NCBI GenBank assembly: GCA_000934665.2
Contig: JYFJ02003482.1
Location: forward strand, 1 to 40,969
Direction: 5' to 3'
DNA: 40,969 nucleotides
From: Catajapyx aquilonaris
Taxonomy: Eukaryota
Part shown: positions 10,501 through 23,425 of the stretch, piece after piece
Layout: every line of letters begins with the position of its first letter
How positions within the stretch are numbered: position 1 is the first letter of the stretch
The notes under the pieces: generated by a model
The model's database searches: none
The model's input: the letters and a program-made list of their open reading frames with translations, nothing else
Told to the model about the DNA's origin: nothing
Program-made: the position numbers and the translations under genes

Positions 10501-12430
10501 TCTAAAAAAATCCTCTCTAAACTTCATTTTGCCTTCTCAAGTGGTCCTGCACTCCCCTCCCCCCACCACCACCTCCTGCCCCCCTCTAGTTTTTTGGAGT
10601 GGCCATTGTGGCGTCCCCAACAGCGCGAATTTCATTAAAATGGCGCTGCTTTGCCACCATTGGCGGAAAGCCCAGCTTGCCATCCACCAGGGGGAGAGTT
10701 TTTGACTTTAAAACCAGAAATGAGTTGGAGGTTATTAACCTTCTTTGTGAAGGGAGGGAAAGAGACTCGGAAATTAAGTTTTTAAAGGAGGGTGGTAAGC
10801 GGGTGTTTGTTGCTTAATTTTTTGTTAAGAAAAATTCCTTGTCTGTTCCACCCCTATGTGCTGTGTCATCAGCTCCCGGTGTGAATTTTTTGGAGACGCA
10901 CAAGCCCCGGATGAGGGTCATTGTCTGGGAACTTGGACATCCCGTTTCCGTCCCTCCTTCAAATGGCCGCATGAATATTTGATGGCTGCCCAAGAGATGC
11001 CAGCGATCAAGACGAATCAAATGTGTTGGTGGATGGAGGGTTGGAGGTTTGCAGAATGGGACGCTCTGGAATGTGATGCTCACATACGCATTGTCAGAAA
11101 GGTCTGCAGGGAATCGTTACCTTATCTCTCTTGCAGTCGCTTGTAACTGATGGCAATCACAAACCAAGCCCACCCTCCATTTCCTCGCTGCCCTCCCCTC
11201 CAAACGATTGGCTTTTAAATCGCATCCGAAGCGATTTGGCGGCCAGGATTGGGTTCAAACCACCTTCAATTCGAATTTCACTAGGTCGTTTTCAGGCAGT
11301 TCTTCAAAATGTGGGCGGTCAGGTCGAGTTTTTTTGTGGGTTTGATACTCTTGCACGTGCCGTGACCCAGTAAGTCATTTTTGAAAAAATTTACATGACA
11401 TAAGCCTTATGCTAATAGAAGCCGAGATATTTCGAGATTGAGGACGTTGATTCCTCACGTCACGAAACTAAATGGGGTTAGTCTCTTTTAGAGCACAAAA
11501 TTGTGGGTATGCGATGTTTCAACCAAAGTGACTTTCACTCCCAGTAAGACGATTTTGTAAAATAGTCCTTCAGTCGATGTTTTTGGAAAATCGATCTACG
11601 ATCAGCATGCACATGAAGAAATGTCCTGCACATGCACACACCTTCTGGCACACACTAGGCAGAGTCACCCCCAAGGAGTCAGTAACACGCCCGGAAAAAG
11701 GAGGGTCGATGGCAGAGAAATTGGCACTGCTTATCTCTTATGAAATGTTGTAAATATATCCGGAGAAGGGGAGGTAAAAAAGTTGGGTCTGAAGAACACG
11801 CAAATCCCAATCGCTGCTTCTTGGTGCTGTGCTGAGGAGGGGTGAGGTCCAAAGATACTCCGCTCAGTAACTTTTCCTTTTTCCCTTCTCCCATGGCCCA
11901 ATCCATCTAATCTTTTCTTCTTTTTTGTTCCTTCCTGGCCAATGTCACGGCACAGAGCTCCGCGTTTCTATCTCGTTTCCTCTGTCGGTGCCAACTCCAC
12001 CCTTTTTTCGCGACTTTGACGTCCTGAGTGAGATAGATAGACGACTCGCCAGTCTGTTATTTCTCTTTCTCAGCAGTAGCTAACTCCTGCGATTGCCTAT
12101 CACACTCTGATGCTCACTTGGTGGGCTAAGGATAAGGGGACAAACTGCCCGCCTACCTGTCACTTATGATCACTCTACGGGTCTCCTTGTCTGTTTTGAA
12201 ACGTATCGCGTGTAAACCTCGTGTCGATCTGGCTGCCAAGTCTATTAGTATCGGTAGCTCACGTAATTGTGGCGAAAACGGACATTTGGTATGTTGGCAG
12301 ACGATGGCCAACTTGGCCTGAATTGTGTTGTGAAAGTTGTCAGTGATTTCTGGCCACTAAAATAGGCTCAGTGCTTCAGCTAAATCAAATGAAAAATTTG
12401 ATATGGACAATCATATATTATTTCGGAAGG

Positions 12431-12548
12431 ACTTTCGTAATAGGAGGACGCTGTACCAACCTACCCCATGACCTAACCTACCTTTCCAGCTTATACATGC
12501 CTATGTAGGAAAGTAGGTAAAGTATACGAGGTCTCCTGTTATGAAAGC
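12431..12548. repeat. Imperfect fold-back element with an internal ACCTAACCTACC motif
   Basis: CTTTCGTAATAGGAGGAC pairs imperfectly with GTCTCCTGTTATGAAAG; inner ACCTACCTTTCC pairs with GGAAAGTAGGT. Confidence 0.5.
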
Positions 12549-15500
12549 GTATCCATTATTTCTATGCAAAATTCACTGAAAGCTGCTTTTCTTATAAAGA
12601 ACCGCTATGAAGCTGTCATTGACCTTTTTCATGACTTTGCAAGTACCAGTGGTAATCCGGCAGAACTTATTAATGCGATAACATCAAAACGCTGCATGAA
12701 ATACATAACGACATAATTTATACCGGTGCTTGTAAAAAGTCGTTTTATCACAACGCAGAGATAATTTGCTTTCAAAATATGGGTGTAACGACGACTCCAT
12801 GTTACGGCTGACATGCGATTCTTAAACGACAACCATTTGCGCCGTATCGGTCCGCAAATGTTCCAGCCCATTCGCTCGTCCCACATAATTTGCATTAGAA
12901 TCGACGACACTAACACGGCTCTGCGGATCCTCACAGAAGAAGAGGAGGGGGTCAAATGAAAACGCCCTATGAAAGTTTTAGAACGTGCCATTTCAACATG
13001 GTGGCTTCCCGAGACAATCATTTCCGGAGCGCTCACGTAGGTCCATATACCATAATCTCGGAAGTTTTCCACGAGACATTCCAGTTATAGCACCGGAAGA
13101 CTCCTATATCTTACATAGAGGGCCCCCTCATATTCACTAGTTTTATTTTCGGATAATAATATCTTGAGGTCAACTTCACGACGAGCCGACGCCCGAAATT
13201 TAACACCGGCAGCACCTGCCGAGACATTTTACGGCCGAGTTTCGTGCCTAACGTCATGCTCGCCGTGTAAACACCGTACGGAAGTTTCCAGCAGAACAAT
13301 ACTTCGACTTAATGCACCGTGGAAGGAAAATATCGCAATTGATCCGACGTGGACCCGTAATTTTTTTGGCAGGTCCCTGTGTCCTTTCCTGGCTATATAA
13401 CCCCCTCAAAATGCCGAGGGGAATTTCAGGCATGGCGGCTGCTGGCAAATAGTAATTGAAATTCAAGGTTGAACGCGCTGCAAATTCCGCTAAAAGCGAC
13501 GCGGGTCCTCCTGCAGACTGCCTAAAAAAGAGCAAGAGGAGCATCAAAGTGGATACTTCAAGTTTCGACCTCCACCAAATAAGTTGTCCTACGCGCCAAA
13601 ACATTCGCGAACACAATAGTTGTCCCCCTTTTTTTTAAAGCGACGTTCCGGACTTCTAAACGGGAAATCATTCGGGGATTCGCAAAAAACAGGAGAATTT
13701 GGCAATTTAGGGAGTGGAGGAACATTTTTTTCGCAGTGCCAATGGCCATTTTGCAGCTCCAGCAAGGAGCGTCGTTGCCACGTGCCCTCAAAATGGTTAT
13801 ATGGGACCCTTCTTTGTGACGGCATCAAAGTGACGAGCCTTTGACATTGCCTGCCGGATCGCTCTGATCCTCTGCCTTTTTTGCGACAAAATAATATCAG
13901 TGTCGTCCCCAACCCAAAACAGCAGTGTTAGCCAAATATATATTCGCCGAGTAAATACACGGTCCACTAATAACACTTAGGAACTACAAAATGCGAGGGT
14001 TGCGGTTTTTCGGTGCCTGCAAAACTGCATGGGACCAGGTACTAGCTGCACCTGTGAAGTGCGCCCTAAATTGCAGCATTCGTGTCAACGCAATTCGGGT
14101 GTTTGCCAGTGCGGTGTTGTTAAAAATGTCATGCAGTCCACGCTAATCTCTTCGCACCGAATAATGAAATAGTTTGTAGCATTGTACAAAGTGTTTGATT
14201 AGATTCGTAATGACCACTGGATTTGTGTACAATTTTAGGGTACTAGGCAGAAATATGCCAAGTATGTCGAGACTTATGGAATCGACGGTACGTCAGTGAC
14301 ATCAGACTCATGTGTCTCATTAATTAATTACTGCTACTCTCGCGAGAATCACGGAACAAAATCCACGGCTCAATATAAATTCTTAACAGCAACACTTCAC
14401 CTGAGACATGTTACACTCCCGATATATTCCCATCTCATCAAATATTACTGTACAAACAGGGATCCGTCGAGCGGACAGCTCTAATGCTCCTTTGCGACAA
14501 CATAAGTACAACAGATAATAAAATCCTCTCATAATTTCCCGGATGAGCTGCAACCCTCTGAAAGTCACTTCCCTGCTTCTGTCAACGGCAACTTAAAATC
14601 CTTATGTATTACAGCACTTCACAGTATCTCTCACACTCCAGTTGATCTTTACATGTTCTCCGTCGATTCTGTCCAGTATGGATTTGGCCACAACACAAGT
14701 GTTAATCTGCTGGGGGCTTATGGGAGGATTTCCAGAGGACATTCCTACGTGTCTTGGACCTAAAGGAAAAGTGTTGGTAGGGGGAAGGACGGACTTTGAA
14801 GAGGGGGGGATAGGAGGAGGGGGTAGATAGCATCTGGCGCCTGGCGTCGCGACGGAAGGGACGCTACAGACGCCACCATCTGCCGACGTTCGCAGTCCAC
14901 TTTCTCTGCGGCACTGCCTCCTTTCCAACAAGCCTCTTGCCAAAAACAATACTCCCTTTTCCGGGGGCCTTGCAATAATAACCCCTCCTACATTGTTATT
15001 ATGGGGGGATTGTCGCGTGCCGGACCAATTCCATTAAAGCACGCCATCTTGTTTTTCTTGGCCCCTTTGCTGGCTCTGGGGGACTCCTCCCCAAAAAAAG
15101 CTCCTGGTTGCAACAATAATCATAATAATAATTCCGCCAGTCTCCATTTCCAATCCGCCTCTACTTGTGCGCCTATTTCCAGAAGACTTGAGTCGGAGCT
15201 GACCAATCAAACTTAATGTCATGGTCCTCTCCCCATTGCTATTGGGGAGGGCTTTTACTTCTTCCCGGGATAAAAAGCGGATCCTCGCTGCCAAATTCGT
15301 GCAGAACCCGGACATAAAAATGCCGCCACAAATCCAGATGACAAAGGCATGCCCAACAATGCTGCTCCATCTGGAGGACGCGGCTTGGGAGACGAATATA
15401 TTTCCTTAAAGGCACATGGTGGGTCCTTATCCTGCTACGGGTTTGGATGCATGGAAAAAAAATGGCAGGGGATGCAAGTTTTGCATTGCGTGATAAAAAT

Positions 15501-18500
15501 TGCTAGGGCGTGATCTAAATTGGGGACGAGTTCGTGACGGGTTCGCACAAAGGATCTGTTTTGATGTGACACTAATCTTGGGTTATCTGTCACAATTGGA
15601 CTGGCAGAAAGATTGATTTACAGAAAGGTACGAACAGGAGTAAATAGCAATACTCGCCCAATAAAACGCTTTCTAGTTAGATTGTCGTTAATGTGTGTCA
15701 GATTTAAAGTAGTCCATTAGGTATAATTAAGGGAGAGGGTGGGAATTGGAGAGGAATGACCCCCACCAGTAACAAGCTCAGATGTACTGGCTCATTACAT
15801 ATTCTATTATGCAAAATAAAGCAATTGAAGCTTTAATTTGAAGAATGAAGTCACACATTTTGGGGCGAAATTGAGTTGGATATTGTGTAATTTAGGTGAC
15901 ACCTACTTTCTGATGATCAACCTTTCTGCAAGATTTAATTTTCAAACTTTTATAGTGAGAATTATCGCATTCCAGGGCTTCTATTGTAATCTACACTATT
16001 TTTGAACGGATACAACCATGTTTAACCTATAGTGTAAGATTAATGAGACGGTCAAAATGGGCTGACTTTAATGGATGGCTCGCATTATCTTAGTAGAAAC
16101 TTCTAGGTTTCTATTACATATCAGCTGCATATCACGTTACTCTTCGCATGTACGCTGCCTTCGACGATACGCGACCTAATTGATCAATTGATTTCTCTCA
16201 TTACACAAAAGTGTCAGCGCCAGCACGCGGCCACTCTTGCAACCTGGTCACTCCTGGTGACAAATGACTCATCTCCCCTTCAAAGTTTTGCATCAGAATT
16301 GACTCCCCAGCTTTTCAGCCTTCACATTATTTGCACTCATCCACACACCAGATACCAGCCGGTTCTTCCCCCATAAAAAAGATTAAAAATAAACAATCCG
16401 GTTGTATGTCTGAGTGAACTTTAACGAGCATCTCTAAGAGAGTGACAGCCCCTGAAACCCTCAAAAAAAAACTAAGACTGGAATCCTCCCAAAAATGGAT
16501 TGCAGTTTTTCTCGGATAATGTCGGCTCCCGAATTTCGCGCCAAGCTGCGGTGACAAGTCCGGTGGTGGACAAGTAACGCCCGGAAAAACCCGGAATGGA
16601 CCTTTTCCCAGCACGTGGAAGAATTTTCTCTTCCGAGTGCGCCTGACGGCCAATTGGTCATCCTTCCAGAAAACTTCTTCTTCTTTTTTCCGATCTGGCT
16701 GCCAAGCTCCGTGACAGAGATTAATCGGACTCCAGGATAAGGATAGGATAAAAAAAATAAATACAAAAAAAAACCCTGGAAGGTGCACCTGATAAATTGG
16801 CAACTGTTTGGGAAAAGGGTGGAGACAATGTACACGTGGCAACAACGGGGGACCGCACCCCCAGCAAGTCTGTGGGACTAATTATTCCCCCACACCCTCA
16901 CCTTCAGCTCATCAAAATCCAATAACAAGGCCTGACGAGTGAGTGTCACCCAACCCTCCTCCTGGCTGGAACACATCTTCCCAAGCCTTTTCTCTGCATT
17001 GTCTTGTTCCGACTCTTGCATGACATCAATAATCGTGCAAAACCTTGTGCGAGGAAACCTCCCCATAATGGCCATTCAGTCTCAAGAAACTTCAAAGGGA
17101 GAAGAATATCAATATCGCGTGCGAGTAAATTAAATAGGGCAACAATAGTGCATGATGGATTATTGCGGGGTGGTTAGTTTATTTCCGTTTTTATGTCATT
17201 CAAGAGAGAGCTGTCGTATGGCCTTGTTTATGGCCAGTAAGGTGGGCCATAAGGGCAGTAGAAGAATGCAATATTCGACTGAACAGCGTCGATATTCACC
17301 GATGTTGTGATTTAAAATCTCGCAACTATTCAGTGTAATGGACTATGTTCGTAAGCGCTCTTGTTAATTGCGAGTGGCGCATTAACAGACCAAAAATAGT
17401 CTTTGTGCGAACACTGGCCAGTTTCCACACAATATCAATCCGGGATTCATAAATCAGATTCCGTAACAATCCCCAGGACCACCCTAACACTGATTGTTAT
17501 TATCGACATTAATCCCCCGCTGCACGTATCGCTATTTAGCGCTGAGTGTTACAGAGCCACATTTGAAAAGGTACTATGTCAGTACTCTGTCACATTCACT
17601 ATTCAATTACCAATCGCAAAATGTACGCCCCAGCTCGATCCTCAAATGTAGCCCAGAATTTCACCAACTGCGACTCTGGTCATCAATCCTGGAGCACGGA
17701 TAAGTTCGAAATCAACAAGTGCGGTACATCCACTCCCGTCACAGATTGTGTTACAAAACCTCCTCTCTCACGTTTTCACACTCAATTTTTCTTCGCTCCT
17801 AAAAATAACTCCGTGGAAACTTGGCATTTCTTCCTGTCCATTGTTCCCTTCCCCTAGACTTTTTTTTTCGGTATCCTCCTACAGCAAAAGAATTTCAAAC
17901 AGAGCAGTATATCCTGCCAATTATCCCACTGTTGTGAAGTCACATCGTATCACACCAAGGCACTAATCCAACGGATATTACCAGTTGTTAATTTCAGACA
18001 ACAACTGATAACAATGTAAAAGGTAAGTGTATTTTTGTTTACCTTCGCACGATGCAGGTGCAACTGATATTTCACGTGGTAGCATGACAGTCCAGATTCT
18101 TCCGGAGATCTTTTTGAGTTCCTTTTCCTGCTGGAAGTGCAGGGGGAAGAACTCCTGGAGGAAGTGAGGGATCTTTTTTCCCCCCCGTGTCGCGCAAGTA
18201 AACATGAGGGGGTGAGACAGGACAGATCGGGCCAAAACGTACCGCCCACTCTAATCGTCTCAAAGAGCAGCCGTCTTACGTCCTTTTAATGCGTCCAGAG
18301 TGACTTTTCAGAGTGGAAAACGGTACGCCCCCTCCATTGGCATTTCCTTCCCCCATATCGCCCCTTGGGAACTTTGAAATTCAATCTTCAGGCTGGGTCA
18401 GCAACAGTGTTGTCGATTTGTAAAAAATTTCAAAAATGGAACATATTGGTAACAAAAGAGCAGGGTCGATTTTGTATTTGGAAAAATGAGATCAGCAAGA

Positions 18501-21500
18501 ATGTGGTCAAATTTATTTTTTAACATACCGTATACGGTATATTTAATGTTGAAATAAGAGGGGAAAGTGGTACACAAATCGATGTCGAGGCTGGATCAAC
18601 AATGTCAATTTTTTAAATAATTTGGAAAAAGGTGGCGTATATCACAATTTTTTTCTCCAAAACAGTGGCAAACATGGGTGTTGCTGGGCAGCACTTTTCT
18701 TGCGGAGGAAGCGATTACAAATCAGGGAGAAACATCCCCCCAACCTCCCATCCTGCTGCCACCCCCTACCACTCTTTCTGTCAATCAATCCTCCACCCCA
18801 GCCGCCAATACATGTTGGGGTGGAGATGATGGAAAACCTTTTGTGTCTTTTGTCCCGCCCGAGCCTTGCGACAACACCATTTCCCACGTAGAGCCATCGA
18901 CAATGGAAGCCTCCCCTTGCCCTCCTACAGCCCCATCCAACAATGACGATTACACGTCACGAGAGGGTTCCCAGCAAACCGCTCAAGTGTCGCTGTCGCC
19001 AAGCACTTTTCGAGGCCTTCTTGGCGGAACTGGGTTTATAAATACATACATTCACAAGAGCAGATGACACGGTGGGGTTTTTAGTTTTTGGGGTGAGGGG
19101 TGAGGGGTTCGAACCCCACCAAGCCACGCCCAGCATCTGCCTTCTACACGCACTTTTTTGACACTCATATGCGAACAATAATTCCATTCATGGGTGCGTA
19201 ACATGTGGAACAACACTAACGGACATGCCTAAACATAATGCGGCAGATGGGCAAAAAGGCACGTTCGAAAAACCTAAATTAAACATTCCAGAGCTCCAGT
19301 TTTTTTTGCTCACATTTTTTGTTCTTTAAAATAAACTGGTGTTTGCGGTTGATAAATTCCCAGAGATTCATGAGGATTGTTCTAGGTTCTGACTTCATGT
19401 CATGGGAGTGGCCCCTGTCTACCATCTTCTAAAACTGCTGACATTTCGAGGCCGCAGCTTCAATAGTAATTGACTCTTGCCAACTTACAGTACACCACCA
19501 GCTATAGGACAAAAAAGTTTGGGGGAAACAAACTGCACGTCAGCTGATTCTTATGACATGAGCTCAATTTCAGCACACAAAAAATGTGGCCTGAGGCTTA
19601 AATCAACATAATTGATTTGCTTGTCAGCTACTGGCTTGTGATCATGACGTCCTGTTTGTCCTCCGTAATGAAACTGCAGTACATAACCTGTTTATCCAAA
19701 ACACACCCATACATTATGTAATGCCATTGTTACTCTCTAAATAATTTTGAGTATCTTCAAATGTTTACCAAAATGACGACGTGAGCAAAAAAAAATACTC
19801 CCGGACATAACTGCATTTTTTTGCATGACCGCTATTGTCCAGAGGCTTCATTCCCAAAAAACACTGCACAGCCCCCAAGGGTACATGAACAGTTAGCCCC
19901 CTAAAGGGCACATGCACACACTCCGGATGTAGTTGGGCGACATTTGATCAATCCAGATATGTCCCCTTCACATCCCGACAGTCTTTTCACGTCTTCACAC
20001 CCACCCCCTAGGATTTAAATGGATGGAAATTGCTTTAGAAAAGCCAAGTGATGACTAGGAGGGAAGATGGATTAGGAGAGAAAGGACATGGGTAGGTGGA
20101 GGCCCCCAGTCGGCGGTCACCGGATGGGATTTGTCCGGATTTTCCTCACCCTGGGGATGGTTGGGGACGATGAGGGTTTTTCCGAGGGAGGACAGGCTCC
20201 AAAAACGGAGGACAGTGATGGGAATTATACCACTCGCCATGACAGCCCCATGGCCAAAACTTGTCTAGATTCCTCCTGGAATTTTTTCAGCTGCCCTTCT
20301 CCCATCTCTGGGCTTTTATCCCATTGTGGAGTGACAGGTGTGACCCCTCTAAATTCACCCTCTCCACTATGTTGATATTGGGTTTTAGTGACTTCACTCA
20401 CAGTGAGCCGGGGAACAAAAATGGCTGCAGGTTGAACGGTATATCGAACCGTTGGTCCCCAGCTGGCAAATAACCGTCATGGGGCAATTACGGGCGCCGC
20501 ATTTTCTTCCGCAAAAAATTAGCATCTGAAAACAACTAAGGCGTAAATTTCGGGTACTATTGGAGCCCATTTCAAGCACCAGGATAGCAAAAGGGGGTGC
20601 CAAAAGTTCCCTCTATATATTTGAAATTCTGGTCATGCTCTTGGAGAGGGAGCAGGGACAACAAAAAACCCTGTGGCTTAGCTGCAGGTTTTTTGAGAAA
20701 AGGAACACAAGTCACGCCAAGAAGATTTCCGTCAGGTTCATCTTCGATTCCGGGCAGAAACTGCCGAAAACCCGGACTTTAATTCGCGACCGGGCTTGGA
20801 TTTTCGGGGGCAGAGAGGATCAAAATCTCAGCGTCTCATTTACTTCCACCTAAACACTGTTAAGAAACTGGTTAGGAGTTAAATAAATTGTTGCAGTAAA
20901 ACGACAATGTAGGTGATCATGCAGCCACATTTGTCACCCCACACTGGTCCATTTTGCGTCTCTTTTTCCCGACCCCTGAGGACATGCATTACGCTGGCAA
21001 CCGCAATCCGGGGTTATGGCCCGGGGGCTGGTGGAAAGTAATGACCTCCGGAAACCTGACCCGAGGACGCACTTGGCAACGTTGAGAGAGAGGGTGTCCT
21101 GGGTGTAAATCACTGGAGGACCCTAGCACCAAAAAGCAAGTCTGGGAAATACTTGATGATGGAAATGTATAGGAATCAACAAGTTGAGGACACTTTTTTG
21201 TCTCACATCGTTAGCGTGTCAAACTGATGTGTGTTTTGCTGACAGTCAAAGGGAAAACCAATTTCGAGTCGACACTATTGGGCGACAGTGGCAGGTGTCA
21301 CCCCCCGACACTGCATTAGAGTCACACACTTACATAATTAAACTTTCAAATTACTGCGGCCATTCATGGAAAAGCTCACTAATTTGGAAGTTTAATAATG
21401 GCCCGGAGGTTTGACTTTCATGAATGTCGCTGAGAGTTTCACTCAACATTGCACGCATTGCTTTCTTTAATTGTTACCAGCCAGTAGCATTGTGCGTGAT

Positions 21501-22412
21501 TTCATGGCTTTCAATTACGTTTCATTTAACTATTGATTTGGATGTCGTTCATTAATGTTAAGGTAAAAGGCTCGACAGAACCTCAGGAAAATGTAGTAAG
21601 TTAATTCACACACAGTAGGCCTACTCATAATTTATCAGTTATAATAATATATTTACAGAATTATTTAATTCCAGCCTCTATTTTGCTTTAATTGGCTAAA
21701 TTTAGTATACATTATTACTGTAATTAACTATTATTACTAAAGTTAATTGCTTAATATAGTTTATTTTAATTTATTAGTAATAAACTATATTAATTGGTGA
21801 TAAACTGGTTGATGGGGCCGCAGGACACCAACAAACTGAAATTGCCCTGAATGCATAGCATTTTAATAATATTCGGTTGGTACTCCTGGACCTGTCAACC
21901 ACAAGGATTCCATCAGCTGCGGAAGATCATGAAACACGCCGAGGTTTAAATAATGCAAATGGAGAGTCCTGCACAAAGCTTCTAATATTTCCACACGGCC
22001 GATTTTGGCTTCACATCATGTCAAACCTCATCAAACTGACCCACATTTGCCTTTGTGCGGCACCCGACATGCTCATAGGTCCATCATCAGTCGACCTTAA
22101 GTTCAATATACAGTATAGAAAAATTTCCCGATATTTTATTCAGTGAGCTCCTCGTCCGCGGTCCATTTTGAGCAGCAAAGTACATAATTACACACACTGG
22201 ACACACACTCCATGGCTGTACAGTATACGTGTGCATATATGTACTGTAATGGACATCCGGACTCAAAATGTGATTAGAATATTGATGAGTCGGCCATCCT
22301 TTGGCCTCCTAATTAACCGCATGTAACTGCAACATTTTTCAAAAAAAAACACATCCGCGGCAATGGGCGCCAATTTGCACTATACGACAGGGGGTCTCCA
22401 AAACTATATTCA

Positions 22413-22435
22413 GGCTCATTCTGGCACACCCTGTA
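22413..22435 (-). mobile_element. Solo mariner-like terminus (TA|CAGGGTGTGCCAGAATGAGCC)
   Basis: TA-CAGGGTG terminal motif; no partner end found, so probably truncated. Confidence 0.35.
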
Positions 22436-23395
22436 TACTGGTGTCCGATTTTGTCCCCATCCCAGCAGAGGCCTACCTAATTGAAGCAATGGGCGAGGAA
22501 GTCCTTGGCAGCACATTGCGGCCTGATTGAGGTTTGGAAATGGACCTTTTCCTCCTGGTTACGCCCTTCATCATGTTGCCGCCTCCAAATCAATTACCAC
22601 CCCCCCTCCCACTGAATAGGGGGATGGGAGGGGCAGAATTTAACAGGCACGTGACCATAGGTGAACCGCATCCCAAAGAATATGTCACCTTATCTCATGC
22701 ACAATAATTGAAACAAATAGAGGGCAGATATTGTTTTCGATGGATATCTCCACTATTTATGGATGGCATAGGGGGAAAAGTTCCCAAATTGAAAACAAAT
22801 GTGGAGGGGTTTGTAGTACAATTTTCTACTTTTTTTTTGTGGCGGAGAGGGAAGCATGTACCGGGCGACCGCCCAATTTGGGAACAAATCCGCATTTCAC
22901 ACGGGGTCCGTGTTACACACAAAGAGAGTGAGAGAGACAGTTCGCAACCCCCCCCTTTTCCAATATACACGGGATTTCCATAACAAAAATGTGTGTCTGG
23001 CGAGTTGAATAATGCTGTTCTCTCCCAAAAAACTGCGGAAACCTCTTGTTCGCCTCTCAACAGGGCCAATCTCTGCGATAACAATCAGCACTCCAATCAA
23101 TGGCCCTTGCAGCCCTTTTTTCCCCAATTGTTGATTGGCTTCGTTTCGAAATACCCCCGGAAATTTCCCTCCGTGTTGCCAACTTTCATCTGCAATCGGG
23201 AAGCGATAATTTCAGACTGCACGTGTAAATTACCGGGCGTGTAATGAGGCGGAAGGACCAATAGGGTGATAAGTCACATTGTCAACAATGCGCAGTTTTT
23301 AAAGGGTGAAAGAATATCCACAATCGGTGCCAAATTGCGATTTCATTTCCCAAGGACAGTCAGTGAAAACAGGATGTCAGTCTAAATCCGGGAAA

Positions 23396-23425
23396 TGACC
23401 TCTGACCTCTGACTCGGTTAGGTCA
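23396..23425 (-). promoter_or_regulatory. Perfect nuclear-receptor DR1 element (AGGTCA-G-AGGTCA) plus a third, oppositely oriented half-site
   Basis: Plus strand TGACCT-C-TGACCT at 23396-23408 and AGGTCA at 23420-23425. Motif match only. Confidence 0.4.

Noticed and set aside
19104..19117. GGGGTTCGAACCCC, resembling a tRNA/SINE B-box
   Set aside because: No A-box or cloverleaf around it; just a short palindrome.
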